This document shows, piece after piece, positions 56,126 to 64,000 of a stretch of 64,000 nt of DNA. The notes under the pieces are model-generated. The model saw only the letters and a list, made by a program, of their open reading frames with translations, was not told the origin of the DNA and did not search any database. Numbering within the stretch: the first letter of the stretch is position 1; every line of letters begins with the position of its first letter. The stretch comes from Auanema rhodensis (taxonomy: Eukaryota > Animalia > Nematoda). The position numbers were made by a program, and so were the translations under genes. Location: the NCBI GenBank assembly GCA_964057225.1, contig CAXKVF010000073.1:1054001-1118000 (forward strand), in the 5' to 3' direction.

Positions 56126-59100
56126 GAACCAATATCAATAACAATTTGTTTTTAGACTAATATGGACATGGGCAATCTAATTTTGAAAACCGCATCTCTT
56201 TATCTTTCACGTGAAGCGAGTTACATACCAAGTGCACATCACGTGTACATTTAATTAGCATAAATTAAAGTTCACGTAAATTTCAAAGTCATGGTTACCA
56301 TGCACCAATATCAATAAAAATTTGTTTTTAGACTAATATGAACATGAGGAATCTAATTTTGAAAACCGCATCTCTTTATCTTTCACGTGAAGCGAGTTAC
56401 ATACCGAGTGCACATCACGTGTACATTTAATTAGCATAAATTAAAGTTCACGTAAATTTCAAAGTCATGGTTACCATGCACCAATATCAATAAAAATTTG
56501 TTTTTAGACTAATATGGACATGGGGAATCTAATTTTGAAAACCGCATCTCTTCATCTTTCACGTGAAGCGAGTTACATACCAAGTGCACATCACGTCTAA
56601 ATTTAATTAGCATAAATTAAAGTTCACGAAAATTTCAAAGTCATGGTTACCATGAACCAATATCAATAAAAATTTGTTTTTAGACTAATATGGACATGAG
56701 CAATCTAATTTTGAAAACCGCATCTCTTCATCTTTCACGTGAAGCGAGTTACATACCAAGTGCACATCACGTGTACATTTAATTAGCATAAATTAAAGTT
56801 CACGTAAATTTCAAAGTCATGGTTACCATGAACCAATATCAATAAAAATTTGTTTTTAGACTAATATGGACATGGGGAATCTAATTTTGAAAACCGCATC
56901 TCTTTATCTTTCACGTGAAGCGAGTTACATACCAAGTGCACATCACGTGTACATTTAATTAGCATAAATTAAAGTTCACGTAAATTTCAAAGTCATGGTT
57001 ACCATGCACCAATATCAATAAAAATTTGTTTTTAGACTAATATGGACATGGGGAATCTAATTTTGAAAACCGCATCTCTTTATCTTTCACGTGAAGCGAG
57101 TTACATACCAAGTGCACATCACGTGTACATTTAATTAGCATAAATTAAAGTTCACGTAAATTTCAAAGTCATGGTTACCATGAACCAATATCAATAAAAA
57201 TTTGTTTTTAGACTAATATGGACATGGGGAATCTAATGTTGAAAACCGCATCTCTTTATCTTTCACGTGAAGCGAGTTACATACCAAGTGCACATCACGT
57301 TTACAATTAATTAGCATAAATTAAAGTTCACGTAAATTTCAAAGTCATGGTTACCATGAACCAATATCAATACAAATTTGTTTTTAGACTAATATGGACA
57401 TGGGGAATCTAATGTTGAAAACCGCATCTCTTTATCTTTCACGTGAAGCGAGTTACATACCAAGTGCACATCACGTGTACATTTAATTAGCATAAATTAA
57501 AGTTCACGTAAATTTCAAAGTCATGGTTACCATGAACCAATATCAATAAAAATTTGTTTTTAGACTAATATGGACATGGGCAATCTAATTTTGAAAACCG
57601 CATCTCTTTATCTTTCACGTGAAACGAGTTACATACCAAGTGCACATCACGTGTACATTTAATTAGCATAAATTAAAGTTCACGTAAATTTCAAAGTCAT
57701 GGTTACCATGCACCAATATCAATAAAAATTTGTTTTTAGACTAATATGGACATGAGGAATCTAATTTTGAAAACCGCATCTCTTTATCTTTCACGTGAAG
57801 CGAGTTACATACCGAGTGCACATCACGTGTACATTTAATTAGCATAAATTAAAGTTCACGTAAATTTCAAAGTCATGGTTACCATGAACCAATATCAATA
57901 AAAATTTGTTTTTAGACTAATATGGATATGGGGAATCTAATTATGAAAACCGCATCTCTTTATCTTTCACGTGAAGCGAGTTACATACCAAGTGCACATC
58001 ACGTGTACATTTAATTAGCATAAATTAAAGTTCACGTAAATTTCAAAGTCATGGTTACCATGAACCAATATCAATAAAAATTTGTTTTTAGACTAATATG
58101 GACATGGGCAATCTAATTTTGAAAACCGCATCTCTTTATCTTTCACGTGAAACGAGTTACATACCAAGTGCACATCACGTGTACATTTAATTAGCATAAA
58201 TTAAAGTTCACGTAAATTTCAAAGTCATGGTTACCATGCACCAATATCAATAAAAATTTGTTTTTAGACTAATATGGACATGAGGAATCTAATTTTGAAA
58301 ACCGCATCTCTTTATCTTTCACGTGAAGCGAGTTACATACCGAGTGCACATCACGTGTACATTTAATTAGCATAAATTAAAGTTCACGTAAATTTCAAAG
58401 TCATGGTTACCATGCACCAATATCAATAAAAATTTGTTTTTAGACTAATATGGACATGGGGAATCTAATTTTGAAAACCGCATCTCTTCATCTTTCACGT
58501 GAAGCGAGTTACATACCAAGTGCACATCACGTCTAAATTTAATTAGCATAAATTAAAGTTCACGAAAATTTCAAAGTCATGGTTACCATGAACCAATATC
58601 AATAAAAATTTGTTTTTAGACTAATATGGACATGGGCAATCTAATTTTGAAAACCGCATCTCTTCATCTTTCACGTGAAGCGAGTTACATACCAAGTGCA
58701 CATCACGTGTACATTTAATTAGCATAAATTAAAGTTCACGTAAATTTCAAAGTCATGGTTACCATGAACCAATATCAATAAAAATTTGTTTTTAGACTAA
58801 TATGGATATGGGGAATCTAATTATGAAAACCGCATCTCTTTATCTTTCACGTGAAGCGAGTTACACACCAAGTGCACATCACGTGTACATTTAATTAGCA
58901 TAAATTAAAGTTCACGTAAATTTCAAAGTCATGGTTACCATGCACCAATATCAATAAAAATTTGTTTTTAGACTAATATGGACATGGGGAATCTAATTTT
59001 GAAAACCGCATCTCTTTATCTTTCACGTGAAGCGAGTTACATACCAAGTGCACATCACGTGTACATTTAATTAGCATAAATTAAAGTTCACGTAAATTTC

Positions 59101-61405
59101 AAAGTCATGGTTACCATGAACCAATATCAATAACAATTTGTTTTTAGACTAATATGGACATGGGCAATCTAATTTTGAAAACCGCATCTCTTTATCTTTC
59201 ACGTGAAGCGAGTTACATACCAAGTGCACATCACGTGTACATTTAATTAGCATAAATTAAAGTTCACGTAAATTTCAAAGTCATGGTTACCATGCACCAA
59301 TATCAATAAAAATTTGTTTTTAGACTAATATGAACATGAGGAATCTAATTTTGAAAACCGCATCTCTTTATCTTTCACGTGAAGCGAGTTACATACCGAG
59401 TGCACATCACGTGTACATTTAATTAGCATAAATTAAAGTTCACGTAAATTTCAAAGTCATGGTTACCATGCACCAATATCAATAAAAATTTGTTTTTAGA
59501 CTAATATGGACATGGGGAATCTAATTTTGAAAACCGCATCTCTTCATCTTTCACGTGAAGCGAGTTACATACCAAGTGCACATCACGTCTAAATTTAATT
59601 AGCATAAATTAAAGTTCACGAAAATTTCAAAGTCATGGTTACCATGAACCAATATCAATAAAAATTTGTTTTTAGACTAATATGGACATGAGCAATCTAA
59701 TTTTGAAAACCGCATCTCTTCATCTTTCACGTGAAGCGAGTTACATACCAAGTGCACATCACGTGTACATTTAATTAGCATAAATTAAAGTTCACGTAAA
59801 TTTCAAAGTCATGGTTACCATGAACCAATATCAATAAAAATTTGTTTTTAGACTAATATGGACATGGGGAATCTAATTTTGAAAACCGCATCTCTTTATC
59901 TTTCACGTGAAGCGAGTTACATACCAAGTGCACATCACGTGTACATTTAATTAGCATAAATTAAAGTTCACGTAAATTTCAAAGTCATGGTTACCATGAA
60001 CCAATATCAATAAAAATTTGTTTTTAGACTAATATGGACATGGGGAATCTAATGTTGAAAACCGCATCTCTTTATCTTTCACGTGAAGCGAGTTACATAC
60101 CAAGTGCACATCACGTTTACAATTAATTAGCATAAATTAAAGTTCACGTAAATTTCAAAGTCATGGTTACCATGAACCAATATCAATACAAATTTGTTTT
60201 TAGACTAATATGGACATGGGGAATCTAATGTTGAAAACCGCATCTCTTTATCTTTCACGTGAAGCGAGTTACATACCAAGTGCACATCACGTGTACATTT
60301 AATTAGCATAAATTAAAGTTCACGTAAATTTCAAAGTCATGGTTACCATGAACCAATATCAATAAAAATTTGTTTTTAGACTAATATGGACATGGGCAAT
60401 CTAATTTTGAAAACCGCATCTCTTTATCTTTCACGTGAAACGAGTTACATACCAAGTGCACATCACGTGTACATTTAATTAGCATAAATTAAAGTTCACG
60501 TAAATTTCAAAGTCATGGTTACCATGCACCAATATCAATAAAAATTTGTTTTTAGACTAATATGGACATGAGGAATCTAATTTTGAAAACCGCATCTCTT
60601 TATCTTTCACGTGAAGCGAGTTACATACCGAGTGCACATCACGTGTACATTTAATTAGCATAAATTAAAGTTCACGTAAATTTCAAAGTCATGGTTACCA
60701 TGCACCAATATCAATAAAAATTTGTTTTTAGACTAATATGGACATGGGGAATCTAATTTTGAAAACCGCATCTCTTCATCTTTCACGTGAAGCGAGTTAC
60801 ATACCAAGTGCACATCACGTCTAAATTTAATTAGCATAAATTAAAGTTCACGAAAATTTCAAAGTCATGGTTACCATGAACCAATATCAATAAAAATTTG
60901 TTTTTAGACTAATATGGACATGGGCAATCTAATTTTGAAAACCGCATCTCTTCATCTTTCACGTGAAGCGAGTTACATACCAAGTGCACATCACGTGTAC
61001 ATTTAATTAGCATAAATTAAAGTTCACGTAAATTTCAAAGTCATGGTTACCATGAACCAATATCAATAAAAATTTGTTTTTAGACTAATATGGATATGGG
61101 GAATCTAATTATGAAAACCGCATCTCTTTATCTTTCACGTGAAGCGAGTTACACACCAAGTGCACATCACGTGTACATTTAATTAGCATAAATTAAAGTT
61201 CACGTAAATTTCAAAGTCATGGTTACCATGCACCAATATCAATAAAAATTTGTTTTTAGACTAATATGGACATGGGGAATCTAATTTTGAAAACCGCATC
61301 TCTTTATCTTTCACGTGAAGCGAGTTACATACCAAGTGCACATCACGTGTACATTTAATTAGCATAAATTAAAGTTCACGTAAATTTCAAAGTCATGGTT
61401 ACCAT
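56126..61405 (+). repeat. Higher-order duplication: 17-mer (56126-59117) versus 13-mer (59118-61405)
   Basis: Shared order: 17C+48C; 40A+46A+105G; 76C+120C+123A+152A; 46A+48C+76C; 57G+120T+125A; 16C+57G; 48C+91A; 46A+105G; 42T+58A+101C. Confidence 0.85.
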
Positions 61406-61581
61406 GAACCAATATCAATAAAAATTTGTTTTTAGACTAATATGGACATGGGGAATCTAATGTTGAAAACCGCATCTCTTTATCTTTCACGTGAAGCGAG
61501 TTACATACCAAGTGCACATCACGTTTACAATTAATTAGCATAAATTAAAGTTCACGTAAATTTCAAAGTCATGGTTACCAT

Positions 61582-62989
61582 GAACCAATATCAATAAAAA
61601 TTTGTTTTTAGACTAATATGGACATGGGGAATCTAATGTTGAAAACCGCATCTCTTTATCTTTCACGTGAAGCGAGTTACATACCAAGTGCACATCACGT
61701 GTACATTTAATTAGCATAAATTAAAGTTCACGTAAATTTCAAAGTCATGGTTACCATGAACCAATATCAATAACAATTTGTTTTTAGACTAATATGGACA
61801 TGGGGAATCAAATTTTGAAAACCGCATCTCTTTATCTTTCACGTGAAGCGAGTTACATACCAAGTGCACATCACGTGTACATTTAATTAGCATAAATTAA
61901 AGTTCACGTAAATTTCAAAGTCATGGTTACCATGAACCAATATCAATACAAATTTGTTTTTAGACTAATATGGACATGGGGAATCTAATTTTGAAAACCG
62001 CATCACTTTATCTTTCACGTGAAGCGAGTTACATACCAAGTGCACATCACGTGTACATTTAATTAGCATAAATTAAAGTTCACGTAAATTTCAAAGTCAT
62101 GGTTACCATGCACCAATATCAATAAAAATTTGTTTTTAGACTAATATGGACATGGGGAATCTAATGTTGAAAACCGCATCTCTTGATCTTTCACGTGAAG
62201 CGAGTTACATACCAAGTGCACATCACGTGTACATTTAATTAGCATAAATTAAAGTTCACGTAAATTTCAAAGTCATGGTTACCATGAACCAATATCAATA
62301 AAAATTTGTTTTTAGACTAATATGGACATGGGGAATCTAATGTTGAAAACCGCATCTCTTTATCTTTCACGTGAAGCGAGTTACATACCAAGTGCACATC
62401 ACGTGTACATTTAATTAGCATAAATTAAAGTTCACGTAAATTTCAAAGTCATGGTTACCATGAACCAATATCAATAACAATTTGTTTTTAGACTAATATG
62501 GACATGGGGAATCAAATTTTGAAAACCGCATCTCTTTATCTTTCACGTGAAGCGAGTTACATACCAAGTGCACATCACGTGTACATTTAATTAGCATAAA
62601 TTAAAGTTCACGTAAATTTCAAAGTCATGGTTACCATGAACCAATATCAATACAAATTTGTTTTTAGACTAATATGGACATGGGGAATCTAATTTTGAAA
62701 ACCGCATCACTTTATCTTTCACGTGAAGCGAGTTACATACCAAGTGCACATCACGTGTACATTTAATTAGCATAAATTAAAGTTCACGTAAATTTCAAAG
62801 TCATGGTTACCATGCACCAATATCAATAAAAATTTGTTTTTAGACTAATATGGACATGGGGAATCTAATGTTGAAAACCGCATCTCTTGATCTTTCACGT
62901 GAAGCGAGTTACATACCAAGTGCACATCACGTGTACATTTAATTAGCATAAATTAAAGTTCACGTAAATTTCAAAGTCATGGTTACCAT
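61582..62989 (+). repeat. Perfect tetramer (704 bp) duplication, M351-354 = M355-358
   Basis: 17C+53A at 61758 and 62462, 16C+72A at 61934 and 62638, 57G+76G at 62110 and 62814. Confidence 0.87.
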
Positions 62990-64000
62990 GAACCAATATC
63001 AATAAAAATTTGTTTTTAGACTAATATGGACATGGGGAATCTAATGTTGAAAACCGCATCTCTTTATCTTTCACGTGAAGCGAGTTACATACCAAGTGCA
63101 CATCACGTTTACAATTAATTAGCATAAATTAAAGTTCACGTAAATTTCAAAGTCATGGTTACCATGAACCAATATCAATAAAAATTTGTTTTTAGACTAA
63201 TATGGACATGGGGAATCTAATTTTGAAAACCGCATCTCTTTATCTTTCACGTGAAGCGAGTTACATACCAAGTGCACATCACGTGTACATTTAATTAGCA
63301 TAAATTAAAGTTCACGTAAATTTCAAAGTCATGGTTACCATGAACCAATATCAATAAAAATTTGTTTTTAGACTAATATGGACATGGGCAATCTAATTTT
63401 GAAAACCGCATCTCTTTATCTTTCACGTGAAGCGAGTTACATACCAAGTGCACATCACGTGTACATTTAATTAGCATAAATTAAAGTTCACGTAAATTTC
63501 AAAGTCATGGTTACCATGAAGCAATATCAATAAAAATTTGTTTTTAGACTAATATGGACATGGGGAATCTAATGTTGAAAACCGCATCTCTTCATCTTTC
63601 ACGTGAAGCGAGTTACATACCAAGTGCACATCACGTGTACATTTAATTAGCATAAATTAAAGGTCACGTAAATTTCAAAGTCATGGTTACCATGCACCAA
63701 TATCAATAAAAATTTGTTTTTAGACTAATATGGACATGGGGAATCTAATTTTGAAAACCGCATCTCTTTATCTTTCACGTGAAGCGAGTTACATACCAAG
63801 TGCACATCACGTGTACATTTAATTAGCATAAATTAAAGTTCACGTAAATTTCAAAGTCATGGTTACCATGAAGCAATATCAATAAAAATTTGTTTTTAGA
63901 CTAATATGGACATGGGGAATCTAATGTTGAAAACCGCATCTCTTCATCTTTCACGTGAAGCGAGTTATATACCAAGTGCACATCACGTGTACATTTAATT

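Larger units (their letters stand above)
1..64000. repeat. Tandem satellite DNA array, 176-bp monomer, ~363.7 copies, probable centromeric/pericentromeric satellite
   Basis: The unit start G[A/C]ACCAATATC (or GAAGCAATATC) recurs every 176 bp (1, 177, 881, 2641, 52801=1+300x176, 63870). Phase shifts only at four indels. All copies share one orientation and the array runs off both window ends. Centromeric role is inferred from monomer size, AT content and homogeneity only. Confidence 0.99.

Noticed and set aside
1-64000. CRISPR array
   Set aside because: Units are contiguous 176-bp copies with no unique spacers, leader or cas genes.
1-64000. A single fixed higher-order repeat period, or information encoded in the variant order
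   Set aside because: Block sizes vary (3, 4, 6, 10, 11, 13/17, 24/25, 26/29 monomers) and are explained by nested local duplications and deletions.
1-64000. Embedded transposon, inversion, telomeric repeat, or tandem 5S/tRNA/snRNA genes
   Set aside because: Phase tracking accounts for every base as same-strand monomer, and the unit shows no recognisable structural-RNA sequence.

Overview
The whole 64 kb window is one uninterrupted, head-to-tail, single-orientation satellite DNA array. It holds 363 complete copies and one partial copy (131 bp) of a 176-bp monomer of about 32% GC. The consensus is G[A/C]ACCAATATCAATAAAAATTTGTTTTTAGACTAATATGGACATGGGGAATCTAATTTTGAAAACCGCATCTCTTTATCTTTCACGTGAAGCGAGTTACATACCAAGTGCACATCACGTGTACATTTAATTAGCATAAATTAAAGTTCACGTAAATTTCAAAGTCATGGTTACCAT. 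Most monomers differ from it by 0-3 substitutions (about 6 at most), and only four deviate in length: +2 near 2891, -1 near 45299 and 50754, and -19 near 55051. I see no genes, RNA genes, transposons or CRISPR spacers, and the five listed ORFs are by-products of the repeat. Nucleosome-scale monomer length, AT-richness, very high homogeneity and several dyad symmetries fit a eukaryotic centromeric or pericentromeric satellite; that is inference, and I do not recognise the family. The informative signal lies in the shared variants. They show nested in-register block duplications of 3-29 monomers, regional variant domains, an island of private variants at about 30.8-36.1 kb, a deletion with a templated duplication at the monomer's largest palindrome, and no visible CpG decay. 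Monomer numbers (M1 starts at base 1) and variant calls such as 76C (C at monomer position 76) were read by eye and need confirmation by alignment.
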